From Thermodesulfovibrionales bacterium (GTDB lineage Bacteria; Nitrospirota; Thermodesulfovibrionia; Thermodesulfovibrionales; UBA6898), in NCBI GenBank assembly GCA_049799315.1, contig JBARHQ010000020.1, positions 21,085 through 85,084 on the forward strand: 64,000 nt of DNA, written 5' to 3'. The translations under genes were made by a program, and so were the position numbers. The notes beneath the pieces are model-generated. The model did not search any database and was not told the origin of the DNA. It was given only the letters and a program-made list of their open reading frames with translations. Below are positions 36,509 to 46,885 of this stretch, piece after piece. How positions within the stretch are numbered: the first letter of the stretch is position 1; every line of letters starts with the position of its first letter.

Positions 36509-39088
36509 ATGAATGACGCGATGCTTGAAGAACTCAACTCCTGGCTCGACAGCGGTCAGGGCGGCGTCGCCCTGACAAAGCAGTATACCTTGCGTATCGA
36601 CAGTATGGTCCAGGACCTGTTCCATGGAAGGGCCTCCGCTGGACAGGGCAGGGCCATGAACGGGCGTAGCACGGGACGAATTGCCGGACAGAGCCCCGGA
36701 GAATATACCGGAAATGTGGGCCGGATGAAGACAAAACCCCACAGTCTGACACTTCTCGCCACCGGGGGCTATGGCCGCATGGAGATGGCGCCTTATTCGG
36801 ATGTTGATATCCTTTTCATTGCTGCTGACAGGACCGAGACAGAGGCGGCCGAGCAGGTCCTTTACCGGCTCTGGGACTCCGGCCTCGATATCAGTCATGC
36901 CTTCAGGACACCTGATGAATGTATCGAGGAGGCGTTCACGGACATCAGGACTCGGACGTCCCTGCTTGAGGCCCGTTATATCGCCGGAGATCCAGGGCTG
37001 TATGATCTGTTCCGGAGAAAGGTCCTGCCCGAGATCACTTCCAGACGGCAGAGGGATTTTGTGCGCGAAAAGCTGCTTGAGAAGGGGAAACGCCACCTGA
37101 GTGCCGGGAACTCGGTCTTTCTGCTCGAGCCTCATGTCAAAGATGGAGAGGGTGGGCTGAGGGATGTCCATACCGCATTCTGGCTTTCCAAGGTGGCCCT
37201 GAAGACCAGGGACTACGCCGGGTTTTTTGAAGAGATCATGCCTGCCTTTCGGAGGCGGTTCCTGAGTGCGTATGATTTCCTCCTGCGCGCGCGGTTCTGC
37301 CTCCATCTTGAGAGCAGACGGAAGAACGATCTGCTCTCGTTCGAGTTCCAGAGATCGGTTGCCTCCCGGCTCAGGTTCCGTGATTCAAAGAAATTCAGCG
37401 GCGTCGAGCGGATGCTCCGCTATTATTACCTCAAAAGCAGGGCGGTTCAGGAAACTACCGACGAGATTGCAGCGCAGTGCAGCCGGCTGTATGTCACGGT
37501 CCCGAAGGACTTCAGCATCAGGAAGATCACGGAAGATTTTTCTGTCTCAGGCGGAAAGCTTATTGCAACGGGTCCAAAGGGTGCGTCGCTCAGCGCCAGG
37601 AAGATCATGGAGGCCTTCTCCCTGACGGCCAGGACCGGAAAACGCTTCAGCCCCGGGCTCCGGCGCTCTGTCCGTACCGACCTCCTGCGGATTAACCGAA
37701 AGGCAAGGATCCAGGCCAGGTCTGTCCATTTCTTCCTGGAGATCCTGAAAGGCGGGAGAGTCTACGAGACGCTCAGGGAGATGCATGACAGCGGTGTTCT
37801 CGGCAGGTTCCTGCCTGAATTCGGGGCACTGCGAATGCTGGTCATTCACGAGCCGTATCACCTGTATACCGTGGACGAACATACGCTTATAGCCATCCGT
37901 AACCTTGAGCTGCTGAGAACGACCAGCTACAAGAGCCTGGAGGACCTCCATCATATTATCAACAGCACCGGGCAGATCGACGTCCTGTTTCTGGCATTGC
38001 TGCTCCATGATATCGGCAAGGCTGCGGGCAGAAACCATGAGGAGGAAGGTTATAAACGGCTGAAGGACATCATGGAGCGGTTCAACCTTGCCGCTGACAA
38101 GAGGATGAGGATCGGCTTTCTGGTCAGAAACCATATACTGATGTCGGAGATCGCCCTGAAGCGTGAGGCGCATGATCCCGAGGTGGTCACACGGTTTGCG
38201 GATGCGGTCGGTGATCCTGAAAACCTTAATGCCCTGTATCTGATCACCTATGCTGATATGTCTGCAGTCAACCCCGGATTCTGGAATTCATGGAAGGCCT
38301 ATCTGCTGAAGGAATTGTATCTTCATACCATGGACTACCTCAACGGGATCACCCGGGACCGGGCAGTGTATATCCGCGATCTGCTCAGCACGGCCAGTGG
38401 AATAGAGCCGGCGCTGCTTACAGCGTTTATCGAGGAGATGCCGGAGAGATACCTGCTTTCGACACCCAGGGGAAAGATCGTTGATGACTATCGGCTGGTC
38501 AGTCAGGCCGGGGAAGGCGGCTTTGCCGTGCGAATCGATAAGAGAACAGACAGTCTCGTCGAGATCTCGGTCTCGACGGCAGATTCTCACGGACTCTTCT
38601 CGAAGCTGGTCGGGTTTCTTTCCTCAAAGGGATTGAATATCGTCAACGGACGGATATTTACCTGCAGGAACGGGCTTGTTATTGATAAAATAGCAGTTTC
38701 GAACTGGGATGATGTCTGGTGGGACGGGCTTGCGATGGACCTGACCGAGGGCCTGAAGGCAGTGATTGCCGACGGCAGGCCTTTTCACGTTGTCAGACGG
38801 ACGGAGACGAATGTCTCGCCATATGATATATTTATAGAATTGGATAATGAGGTATCGGATGAATTCAGTATTATCGAGGTCTTTTCCCCTGACCGGCTCG
38901 GGCTGCTCTATGATATCTCGCACGTCCTGGCCAGCCAGGGCATCAGCATTTCGGCGGCGAGAATCAATACAGAGTCGGGACTGGCACAGGACATCTTCTC
39001 TGTCCAGACGGGGAACCGGAAGATCGGCGCTGTCGAGTCAGAAAGGCTGCTGTCTGCTTTATGGATGACGCTCAGAGACGTTCAATAA
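36509..39088 (+). CDS. glnD: [protein-PII] uridylyltransferase / uridylyl-removing enzyme
   Basis: 859 aa. Nucleotidyltransferase motif GGYGRMEMAPYSDVDILF, HD domain LLLHDIGK, two C-terminal ACT-like domains. Confidence 0.9.
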   Translation: MNDAMLEELNSWLDSGQGGVALTKQYTLRIDSMVQDLFHGRASAGQGRAMNGRSTGRIAGQSPGEYTGNVGRMKTKPHSLTLLATGGYGRMEMAPYSDVDILFIAADRTETEAAEQVLYRLWDSGLDISHAFRTPDECIEEAFTDIRTRTSLLEARYIAGDPGLYDLFRRKVLPEITSRRQRDFVREKLLEKGKRHLSAGNSVFLLEPHVKDGEGGLRDVHTAFWLSKVALKTRDYAGFFEEIMPAFRRRFLSAYDFLLRARFCLHLESRRKNDLLSFEFQRSVASRLRFRDSKKFSGVERMLRYYYLKSRAVQETTDEIAAQCSRLYVTVPKDFSIRKITEDFSVSGGKLIATGPKGASLSARKIMEAFSLTARTGKRFSPGLRRSVRTDLLRINRKARIQARSVHFFLEILKGGRVYETLREMHDSGVLGRFLPEFGALRMLVIHEPYHLYTVDEHTLIAIRNLELLRTTSYKSLEDLHHIINSTGQIDVLFLALLLHDIGKAAGRNHEEEGYKRLKDIMERFNLAADKRMRIGFLVRNHILMSEIALKREAHDPEVVTRFADAVGDPENLNALYLITYADMSAVNPGFWNSWKAYLLKELYLHTMDYLNGITRDRAVYIRDLLSTASGIEPALLTAFIEEMPERYLLSTPRGKIVDDYRLVSQAGEGGFAVRIDKRTDSLVEISVSTADSHGLFSKLVGFLSSKGLNIVNGRIFTCRNGLVIDKIAVSNWDDVWWDGLAMDLTEGLKAVIADGRPFHVVRRTETNVSPYDIFIELDNEVSDEFSIIEVFSPDRLGLLYDISHVLASQGISISAARINTESGLAQDIFSVQTGNRKIGAVESERLLSALWMTLRDVQ

Positions 39089-42000
39089 TAAAGGCAACCG
39101 CAATCCTCGCACCGGTGCTGGTTATCGGCATCGTGCTTCTTGTCCTGCGCGGCCCGAATATCTCGAACGCCCTCAAGCAGGCGATACTCCCGGAGATCGG
39201 GATGATGCTCGGCAGGAAGGTGATAGCCCAGAATATCTATCTGAATATCTTTCCGCTTTTTATCGAGGCAAAAGGACTGAAGGTCTTTGATGATGGAGGG
39301 GAAAGACTCCTGATCGCGCCGCAGGTAAAAGCCTACCTCGATCTCTCCGCCCTCTTTTCAAAGAGGCTGACGATACGGAGGCTGGTCATCAAAGAGCCTG
39401 AGGTCAGCCTCAGCAGAAAGCAGGCAGAGGAGATTGCCGGAAATGTCAAACGCTATCTTGCCACAACGCGGGAGAATGCCCTGAAAGTCAAGGTGCTGTC
39501 GGTTGAACTGCAGAATGGCAGCGCCGGGTTACTTGATGACCGGAGCGGACTATCCATAGCCATTAAGGGCTTCGGCGGTGAGGCGATTCTCGGCAGCAGC
39601 GGCCGGGTTATTGCCACCGCAGAGAATATTGTCCTGAAGAAAGAGGGCATGCCCGATATTTCGGCTGGCGTGTCGGCAGCCCTTCTGGTCAGTGACAACG
39701 TGGTCGAGATCAAGAAACTGACGGTTGATTCCTTTGGATCGAGGATGACCGGTACCGGAGACTATGGTAGCGGGCAGGGGAAGATCAAGGCTGATCTTTC
39801 GCTGATGCTGGCCACACTCAAAAAGCTGTTCAAACTTGAAAAAAGCGGCGAGGGGTCGGTCTCTGTGCAGGGATCGGTAAGTCTTGTCAAGGAGGCCGTA
39901 ACCCTTGATCTTGATGTTCAGGGAAGTCTTTATATCCAGACGCTTATGGAACTGCTGAAGGTTCAGGAGAAGATCGAGGGGTATGTGACGCTGAAGGGGC
40001 AGGTGAAGGGACCGCTGAATAAACTGGTCGCCAGGGGGACTGGGGAGCTCAGTTCAGGGAACCTCTTTAATGTTGATATCGACCACATGAAATGCGGGAT
40101 ATCCTATGCCGACGGCACGATGCGGTTCACTGACGGCATCGGCAGACTCTATAAGGGTTCTGCAACCCTGTCTGCATCGATTGCGTTGCCTGTTGTCAAT
40201 TATTATACGCTCAAGGTTGATTTCACTCAGGTCGACAGCGGCCCGGTCTTCAAGCTTATAGGCTGGGATCCGGGGGTCATGCCCGGCAGGGTCAGCGGGA
40301 CGCTTGTCAACAGCGGTTCGTCGTTTGATCCCGCGGGCGTCTTTGAATATCGGAACAGGGAGACAGGGAAGAACGCCCTCGGAAGGGTCAGGGAAGTGAC
40401 CGGCAGGTATGGCATGAAAGGCGACCTGGTGACGATCACAGGGCTGAAGCTGCATACCGGAAGTTCTGATGCCGAGATGAGCGGCACTGCGGATTTAGAG
40501 AAAAAAATGCTCGATTTTGAGGGGGTGCTGCATACGCGGGACCTCTCGGATATGACCGCCCCTTATTTTACGACGGTCCATGGTGCAGGGGAGTTCAGGG
40601 GAAAGATAGCCGGCCTGTTTGCTGATCCGGTCATATCGGGCAGCGTTAAAATCGGCAAACCTGCGGTAGGCACTTTTGGGGCCGATGTGCTGACGGCCGA
40701 TATCAGATACAAAAAAGACCTCCTGACGGTTAACTCGCTTTCTGCGAACGGCACTGAAGATGCCTACACCATGGATGGGGCTATCAGGTTCAGGAATGCG
40801 GCTGACCTGTTTGACTTCAGGAACCCTGAGTATGCTCTCAGCGCGTCGATCAGCAATGCAGATCTTAAGAAATTTATAGAGATATTTTATCCTGATTTCC
40901 AGGGCAGCGGCAGATTTCGGACAGAACTGAAGATTACGGGCAGAGGAGAGCAGCCGGTGATGGCCGGCGAGGCCGTGGTCAGGAGCGGAACACTCTACGG
41001 AGTTTCTTATGATTCAGCAACGTTGGGATGGAAATACCAGGGTTCAGGGGTCCAGCTCTCCCCGGTGAAGATCCAGAAGGGAAAATCGTTCATAACGTGC
41101 AGTCTCTCGATCGATCCTGAGGGAAGATTTGTCCTGTCCGCTGCCTCTGATAAACTTTTTTTGAGCGACCTTGTGAACCGGCCGGTCAGGGGAGATGCCG
41201 TCTTTGCCCTCAAGGCCGAAGGGAGCGGAACGACCGGCAAGCATCATATCAGCATTACTGCCGACATGGTCGAAGGCAGGCTCAGGGACAGACCGGTCGG
41301 CACCGGTACGGTCACTGCGGAGGTTAGGGACCGGGAGCTTGTATTCAGAGCTTCTCTGCTGAACAATAAAGTAATAATAACGGGCAAGGGGAGGGTTGAA
41401 AAGGAATTTCCCTGGGAGGCGAAGGTCGATATCCAGGCCGGCCGCTATGATACGGTTATCAGCGCCTTTCTCAAGGAGGTGCCTGAAGACCTTATCCTGA
41501 GCATGAACGGGAGCATGTCTCTTCGCGGGGACAGAAACCAGGTGTCGGCAACCTCGGCCATCAGGCAGCTGAATCTCTCGATGTACGGGTACAGCTTTAC
41601 GAACGACAATGAAATAAGACTTGAGCTGCGCAACCGGCACCTTGCCTTTGACCATGTAACGCTAAGGGGCGGCAATGCCCTGGTCAAAATGAACGGCAGC
41701 CTTGATATCGGCAGGAGCTATAACCTTGCCGTCGAGGGCAGTTCAGCCCTATCTCCCTTCAAGAGCCTCTCGACAAAGATCGGGGTGATAAAAGGCGATG
41801 CTGAATTTGCTCTGGAGATCACCGGAGACTGGGAGAAGCCCTCGATTAACGGCGGTATCAATGTGACGAACGGTGCCCTCAGCCTCAAGGATTATTCCTA
41901 CCGGATCAGTGCCTTAAACGGCTACCTCTACCTGGATAATGATCGGGTGGTTCTTGAGAAACTCACGGGGAAACTCGGCGGCGGCGACATTGACCTCACC

Positions 42001-42993
42001 GGGAGCCTGTATCTGAAGAAATTCACTGTCAACCGTTTTTTTGTCGAGGCTGCGATGAATAATATATCCGCTTCGGTTTCGAGCGATTTCTCGATCAACT
42101 TCAACGGCAATATCCTCTACAAAGGGACCCCGGAGGAGCAGATAATATCGGGTGATGTCATTATAAACAGGGCTCGCTACCGGGAACGGATAGAATGGAA
42201 AAGCTGGCTGCTCAGGACAAAGCAGATCGATAAGGTCCGGTCGGAGATCTCGAATCTTGAGAAGGCGCAACTGAACGTGCGCGTTGTGGGCCGCGACAAT
42301 ATCCAGGTGGACAACAACATCGCCCGTGCCGATGTCACGGCGGACATGCTCCTGCGCGGGACCGTCTACCGGCCGGCACTCTTCGGCCGCCTCGAGTCAA
42401 AGGAAGGCACGGTCTATTTCAGAAACAATGAGTTCAGGATACTGCATGCAAGCGCTGATTTTGCGGATCCGAACCGCTTGAACGCGGTGATCGCCATAGC
42501 GGCAGAAACGATTGTCAAAGGGTATAAAATCAAGATGAACCTTGAGGGCCGGATGAACCAGTTTGCCATGTCGCTTTCCTCTGATCCTGTCCTCAAGGAG
42601 ATGGATATCCTTGCCCTGCTGACCGTCGGGCAGACCGGAGGACAGTTGAAAGGGCTTGAAGGCGGCGTAGGGGCCGGTGAGGCCACGTCGTTTGTGACCG
42701 GCAAGCTTCAGGACGTGGTTGAGGAAAGACTCAGGAGCATCACCGGTCTGGACCGGTTTCAGGTCGACCCTCATGTCTCGAGGATCACCGGAACTGTCGA
42801 GCCCCGGGTGACTGTCTCGAAAAGGCTGCTGGGGGATAAAATGTTTATCACCTATACGTCTTCGGCAGGTTCTTCAGAGGAGCAGATCATCAAGCTGGAG
42901 TATTTCCTGAATAGGAGCACATCCCTTGTCGGGATCAGAGATGAGCGCGGCATTATCGGCGGTGATGTCAAATTCAGGTTCGAATTCAAATGA
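39061..42993 (+). CDS. tamB: translocation and assembly module protein TamB (AsmA-like, DUF490 C-terminus)
   Basis: 1310 aa. N-terminal membrane anchor and a long beta-rich body. C-terminal ...FITYTSSAGSSEEQIIKLEYFLNRSTSLVGIRDERGIIGGDVKFRFEF typical of TamB. Confidence 0.8.
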   Translation: MDDAQRRSIIKATAILAPVLVIGIVLLVLRGPNISNALKQAILPEIGMMLGRKVIAQNIYLNIFPLFIEAKGLKVFDDGGERLLIAPQVKAYLDLSALFSKRLTIRRLVIKEPEVSLSRKQAEEIAGNVKRYLATTRENALKVKVLSVELQNGSAGLLDDRSGLSIAIKGFGGEAILGSSGRVIATAENIVLKKEGMPDISAGVSAALLVSDNVVEIKKLTVDSFGSRMTGTGDYGSGQGKIKADLSLMLATLKKLFKLEKSGEGSVSVQGSVSLVKEAVTLDLDVQGSLYIQTLMELLKVQEKIEGYVTLKGQVKGPLNKLVARGTGELSSGNLFNVDIDHMKCGISYADGTMRFTDGIGRLYKGSATLSASIALPVVNYYTLKVDFTQVDSGPVFKLIGWDPGVMPGRVSGTLVNSGSSFDPAGVFEYRNRETGKNALGRVREVTGRYGMKGDLVTITGLKLHTGSSDAEMSGTADLEKKMLDFEGVLHTRDLSDMTAPYFTTVHGAGEFRGKIAGLFADPVISGSVKIGKPAVGTFGADVLTADIRYKKDLLTVNSLSANGTEDAYTMDGAIRFRNAADLFDFRNPEYALSASISNADLKKFIEIFYPDFQGSGRFRTELKITGRGEQPVMAGEAVVRSGTLYGVSYDSATLGWKYQGSGVQLSPVKIQKGKSFITCSLSIDPEGRFVLSAASDKLFLSDLVNRPVRGDAVFALKAEGSGTTGKHHISITADMVEGRLRDRPVGTGTVTAEVRDRELVFRASLLNNKVIITGKGRVEKEFPWEAKVDIQAGRYDTVISAFLKEVPEDLILSMNGSMSLRGDRNQVSATSAIRQLNLSMYGYSFTNDNEIRLELRNRHLAFDHVTLRGGNALVKMNGSLDIGRSYNLAVEGSSALSPFKSLSTKIGVIKGDAEFALEITGDWEKPSINGGINVTNGALSLKDYSYRISALNGYLYLDNDRVVLEKLTGKLGGGDIDLTGSLYLKKFTVNRFFVEAAMNNISASVSSDFSINFNGNILYKGTPEEQIISGDVIINRARYRERIEWKSWLLRTKQIDKVRSEISNLEKAQLNVRVVGRDNIQVDNNIARADVTADMLLRGTVYRPALFGRLESKEGTVYFRNNEFRILHASADFADPNRLNAVIAIAAETIVKGYKIKMNLEGRMNQFAMSLSSDPVLKEMDILALLTVGQTGGQLKGLEGGVGAGEATSFVTGKLQDVVEERLRSITGLDRFQVDPHVSRITGTVEPRVTVSKRLLGDKMFITYTSSAGSSEEQIIKLEYFLNRSTSLVGIRDERGIIGGDVKFRFEFK

Positions 42994-45776
42994 GGAACAC
43001 CGGAATGTTTTTTCTCGGGCTTCTCCTTCTCTTCATGGCTGCTGCTCTGCCGGCCGGCCCGGTTGATGCGGCAGATTCGGCTATTGAGCCGGCTGCTGCC
43101 GCGCAGGTCCGTCTTATCGTGACGGGACTTCAGTCGATCGGTGAGGGTGAGTTCCGTGAGATGCTGGGTCTTAGTGATGGCAGAACGGTTGATGCGGCGG
43201 CGGTCCGCCGGGCTATCAGGACGGCTTTTTTGAAAGGCATCTTTGAGGACATCGCTATTACGGTGCATGAGGGAGATCCGGCGACGATAGAGATCGTTGT
43301 CCGGGAGCGTGACTATATTAGAAAGATAGAGGTCACCGGTGAGCATCGGCTTTCGGACAAGCAGATACGGGGACTCTTCCTGCTTAAGGAAGATGAGCAG
43401 ATGCGCCATGATCTCATCGAACAGGCGATCGAAGACCTGAAGACCGCACTTGAGAAACAGGGCTTTCCCTCAGCCGGGGTCTCGGTTACGACAAAGCCTT
43501 CTGAGAGGCCCTTCCTGGTGGATATACATCTTCAAGTATTCACAGGCCCGCCGCAAGTTATCAGGAGCATCTCCTTTACGGTGAAGGACTCATTTAACAT
43601 GAAGGACCCGGTCATGAAGGGCTCAGGGGAAAGCCCGGGTGAGACCGGAAGAGCGGGGGAGTCCTTTATCAGCTTCAAGGACCTGTTGAAGGTTTCGATC
43701 GGGGATATTTATAACCAGGACAGGGTAGGGCAGGAAATCAGGGCCGCGAGAGACGAACTGAAAAAACAGGGGTATATAAAGCCTGTTATCGGGCCTTTTA
43801 GTTTTGCTGATGGAGATCTCGATATACAGATCAACCTCGGGAAAAAACTCGGGCTGGTATTTGAGGGAAATGCGGCCCTGTCAGCAAAGGTTCTCATACG
43901 GGAGTCTCTGCTGCAGGAGAGCGAGGATTTTAATGATGACGTCATTGGAGAGGCTACTGACAGGATGCTCGTACGTTATCACAGCGAGGGATATCCGCAA
44001 GTCCAGATCGCCCCGGTTATGCGATCCGGTGAAAGGGAGATCAGCCTGTCTTTTTTCATTTATGAAGGAGCAAGAGTCAAAGTCTCGTCAATCGGTTTCA
44101 CCGGAACGCGGTTGCCTCAAGACAGCCTTAAGCAGGTCATGACCTTGAAGGAAAACAGCTATTACAACCCTGACCTGATAGGGAAGGACCAGGACCTGTT
44201 GAGGGAATTCTTCGGGGCGCTCGGATACCTTGAGGCTGTTGTCAGAAATATCGAGGTGAAGACGTCAGAAAATAAGACGGCTGTCGACCTGCTCGTCGTT
44301 ATTGAAGAGGGCGAAAAAACCGGGATCTCTTCAATAAATGTTACCGGTGTCGATATTGAGACTGCAGAGCAGCTGAAGAAGGTCGCCGGAATAAAGCCGG
44401 GTGATCCCTATAATGAGGTTGATATTTCCGATGCGCGCTTCAGGATACTGGAATATTATACCGGACGCGGCTTTGCCTCGGTCGACGTCGGGGTCCAGAG
44501 ACAGATAGAGGGCCATCGGGCCTCGGTTATATTTACGGTCAGCGAGGGGAAAAAACTCTTTCTCGGTCGAACGGTCATTACCGGGAACAGGCAGACACGA
44601 TACCCGATCATCCGCCGCGAGCTGCTACATAAGGAGGGTCAGGAATTTAATCTCGGCCTCTTTGCCGAGGAACGGCAGCGGCTTTACAAGCTCGGTCTTT
44701 TCAATGATGTTCAGATCGAGCCGGTGGAGCCAGAGGGTGACCGGAGTGATGTCCTGGTCAGGGTGCAGGAGGGCAAGGCAGGATCTGTGGAGTTCGGGGC
44801 GGGCTATGCAGAGTATGAAAAATTCAGAGGTTTTTTTGAGGTGAGCTACAGGAACCTGTGGGGCATGAACCGCGAAGGCCTGTTGCGCGCAGAGGTAAGT
44901 TCTCTGGAGAAGCGGTATCTGCTTCAGTACAACGAACCCTGGGTCTTCGGCACCCGGCTTCCCCTGAGGGTCTCTTTTCAGTATAACGACAAAAGAGAGA
45001 TCAATGTGTCGGCTAAGGAAACGCTCTACCATTTGACCCGTTATACCTTTACCGCCGGGATCGAGAGAAAACTGAGTTCGGTCGTGAAGTCGGAACTCTA
45101 CTATGAGTTTTCGCTTGTTAAGACGGCTGATGTCGCGCCGGATGTTGTGCTGACGAAGGAAGATGTCGGGACGCTGGCGATTGGCAGTGTGAAGCCCGTG
45201 ATTATCTATGACACCCGCGACAACCCCTTCGAACCTGAAAGGGGGGTCCTTGCCGGGGCGTCCCTCAAGTTCGCTTCGCTTGTGTTTCTGTCTGAAACGA
45301 ACTTTGCGAAGCTTGAGGTCTACGGGTCACGTTTTCACAAACTTGCCAAAGACATTGTCCTTGCCCTCTCGGCGCGGGGCGGTATTGCGTATCACCTGGG
45401 TGCTACGCAGGAGCTTCCGCTGGTGGAGCGATTTTTTCTCGGTGGGAGGTCTACGGTCAGGGGTTTTGACCAGGACACGCTTGGGCCTAAAGGTGTCGAT
45501 GGAAACCCCACCGGAGGGAATGTTTTTCTCATGGGAAATGTCGAGCTCCGGACATCTGTCGGCAAGGGGTTCGGCATTGTTCCCTTTATCGATGTGGGCA
45601 ATGTGTGGGTGAATGTGAAAAAAGCCATCGTGTCGGATATGCGCTACACTGCAGGACTTGGCCTCAGGTATAAGACGCCGGTGGGCCCGTTGAGGGTCGA
45701 CTATGGCATGAAGCTGAACCGGGAACCCGGGGAGAGTAAAGGGGCGCTGCACTTCAGCGTAGGACATGCGTTTTGA
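42990..45776 (+). CDS. bamA: outer membrane protein assembly factor BamA (Omp85 family, POTRA repeats + beta-barrel)
   Basis: 928 aa. ATGA overlap with tamB. Signal peptide and repeated POTRA-like units. Barrel ending ...GLGLRYKTPVGPLRVDYG...HFSVGHAF. Confidence 0.85.
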   Translation: MRNTGMFFLGLLLLFMAAALPAGPVDAADSAIEPAAAAQVRLIVTGLQSIGEGEFREMLGLSDGRTVDAAAVRRAIRTAFLKGIFEDIAITVHEGDPATIEIVVRERDYIRKIEVTGEHRLSDKQIRGLFLLKEDEQMRHDLIEQAIEDLKTALEKQGFPSAGVSVTTKPSERPFLVDIHLQVFTGPPQVIRSISFTVKDSFNMKDPVMKGSGESPGETGRAGESFISFKDLLKVSIGDIYNQDRVGQEIRAARDELKKQGYIKPVIGPFSFADGDLDIQINLGKKLGLVFEGNAALSAKVLIRESLLQESEDFNDDVIGEATDRMLVRYHSEGYPQVQIAPVMRSGEREISLSFFIYEGARVKVSSIGFTGTRLPQDSLKQVMTLKENSYYNPDLIGKDQDLLREFFGALGYLEAVVRNIEVKTSENKTAVDLLVVIEEGEKTGISSINVTGVDIETAEQLKKVAGIKPGDPYNEVDISDARFRILEYYTGRGFASVDVGVQRQIEGHRASVIFTVSEGKKLFLGRTVITGNRQTRYPIIRRELLHKEGQEFNLGLFAEERQRLYKLGLFNDVQIEPVEPEGDRSDVLVRVQEGKAGSVEFGAGYAEYEKFRGFFEVSYRNLWGMNREGLLRAEVSSLEKRYLLQYNEPWVFGTRLPLRVSFQYNDKREINVSAKETLYHLTRYTFTAGIERKLSSVVKSELYYEFSLVKTADVAPDVVLTKEDVGTLAIGSVKPVIIYDTRDNPFEPERGVLAGASLKFASLVFLSETNFAKLEVYGSRFHKLAKDIVLALSARGGIAYHLGATQELPLVERFFLGGRSTVRGFDQDTLGPKGVDGNPTGGNVFLMGNVELRTSVGKGFGIVPFIDVGNVWVNVKKAIVSDMRYTAGLGLRYKTPVGPLRVDYGMKLNREPGESKGALHFSVGHAF

Positions 45777-45799
45777 AAAACGTGAAACGTGAATGGTGA

Positions 45800-46300
45800 A
45801 TGGTGAATAAGAAAAAAAGCATACCAGTGTTTCTCGTTGTCATGTGGCTGTTGCTGTATGTCCCGCTAACTCATGCAGACATTCATGACCGGGTGGTGGC
45901 ATTTGTCGATAACCAGGCGATAACGCTGAGCGAGTTTGAAGAGCAGTATACCAGTACTCTGAAGCTGTCGCCGCAGATTTCAAAGGAAGAAGTCCTCAAC
46001 ACCATGATCAACCGGATCCTGCTTCTGAAAGAGGCACGGAAATACAGGATCGAGGCCCCGACAAGAGAAGAGGTCCTGAACGAATATATTAATCTTAAGG
46101 TGAGGGCCTTTATCAGGGTGAGTGATGCCGCTGCAGAGGCCTTTTACAAGGAGAATACAGCTCAGTTTGCTGGACGCGAGTACGAAACAGTGCGCGGCGA
46201 GATAGAGAATTATCTGACCGAGAAGATGCTCAACGACCGGCTGAAGGAGATACTCAGAGACCTCAGGAAAACCTCCTATATAAGGATCCAGCTGAAATAA
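45800..46300 (+). CDS. periplasmic chaperone-like protein, SurA N-terminal-domain type (no PPIase domain)
   Basis: 166 aa. Signal peptide. DRVVAFVDNQAITLSEFEEQ...MINRILLLKEARK resembles the SurA_N domain. Confidence 0.55.
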   Translation: MVNKKKSIPVFLVVMWLLLYVPLTHADIHDRVVAFVDNQAITLSEFEEQYTSTLKLSPQISKEEVLNTMINRILLLKEARKYRIEAPTREEVLNEYINLKVRAFIRVSDAAAEAFYKENTAQFAGREYETVRGEIENYLTEKMLNDRLKEILRDLRKTSYIRIQLK

Positions 46301-46343
46301 GAAGCTTCCCGGGATTTCCTGGAAACAGGCGAGGATTATCATC

Positions 46344-46362
46344 CCCTCTTTGGCAAAGAGGG
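46344..46362 (+). terminator. 8-bp-stem hairpin downstream of the SurA-like gene
   Basis: ccctcttt-ggc-aaagaggg. The T-tract follows only after about 10 nt (gattttctg), so it may instead be a repeat-element hairpin. Confidence 0.3.
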
Positions 46363-46885
46363 TGAGGGGAGATTTTCTGAATAATATGCGCAACGGTGAG
46401 ACTGTTAATATCTCCGGTGTGGCAAGCACCGGAAAAGCACCCGAGTTTGTTCAGCATAATACCGGACGAAACTTATCGGGTAGTTCTATTGACCAGGACG
46501 ATTCTCAGTCCTCGCGATGTCTTCCTGAAAGCCCACACTATAGCGTTTCTGCTACAGACGCAACGTTTCTTTCCGAAACAAACGTCCACCAGACTGCAAC
46601 TCGGTGAGATGTACGCCTCCAAGTCCGCAAAATAAATATCGCCTCTGCTGCCTCGCCTTCTCCCTAAAATCTGCTGGAACTGCCTGAGCTGTATCGATGA
46701 AACTTTCATCCGGAATTGTTGTGACTGCCCGTACAACCCGTACATGAAATCATCACCCTTTAACGATCTGTCATGTCTGTCTATTGAATTTGACTGACAA
46801 TGTCTTCTCGGACATGACTACATTGTGGCCGATATTTCTGTTGTTGTGTAAAATATATTATTCCAGACCGAGCGGAGGAGCAGAT

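Noticed and set aside
36316-36516. 66-aa ORF between amt and glnD.
   Set aside because: It has no SD, starts at TTG, has an odd composition and runs into the glnD start. It is better explained as non-coding spacer carrying the TGCTAT repeats.
42966-42990. GGTTCGAAT, resembling a tRNA T-arm.
   Set aside because: It lies inside the tamB coding sequence (..KFRFEFK*). No acceptor, D or anticodon arms can be drawn around it.
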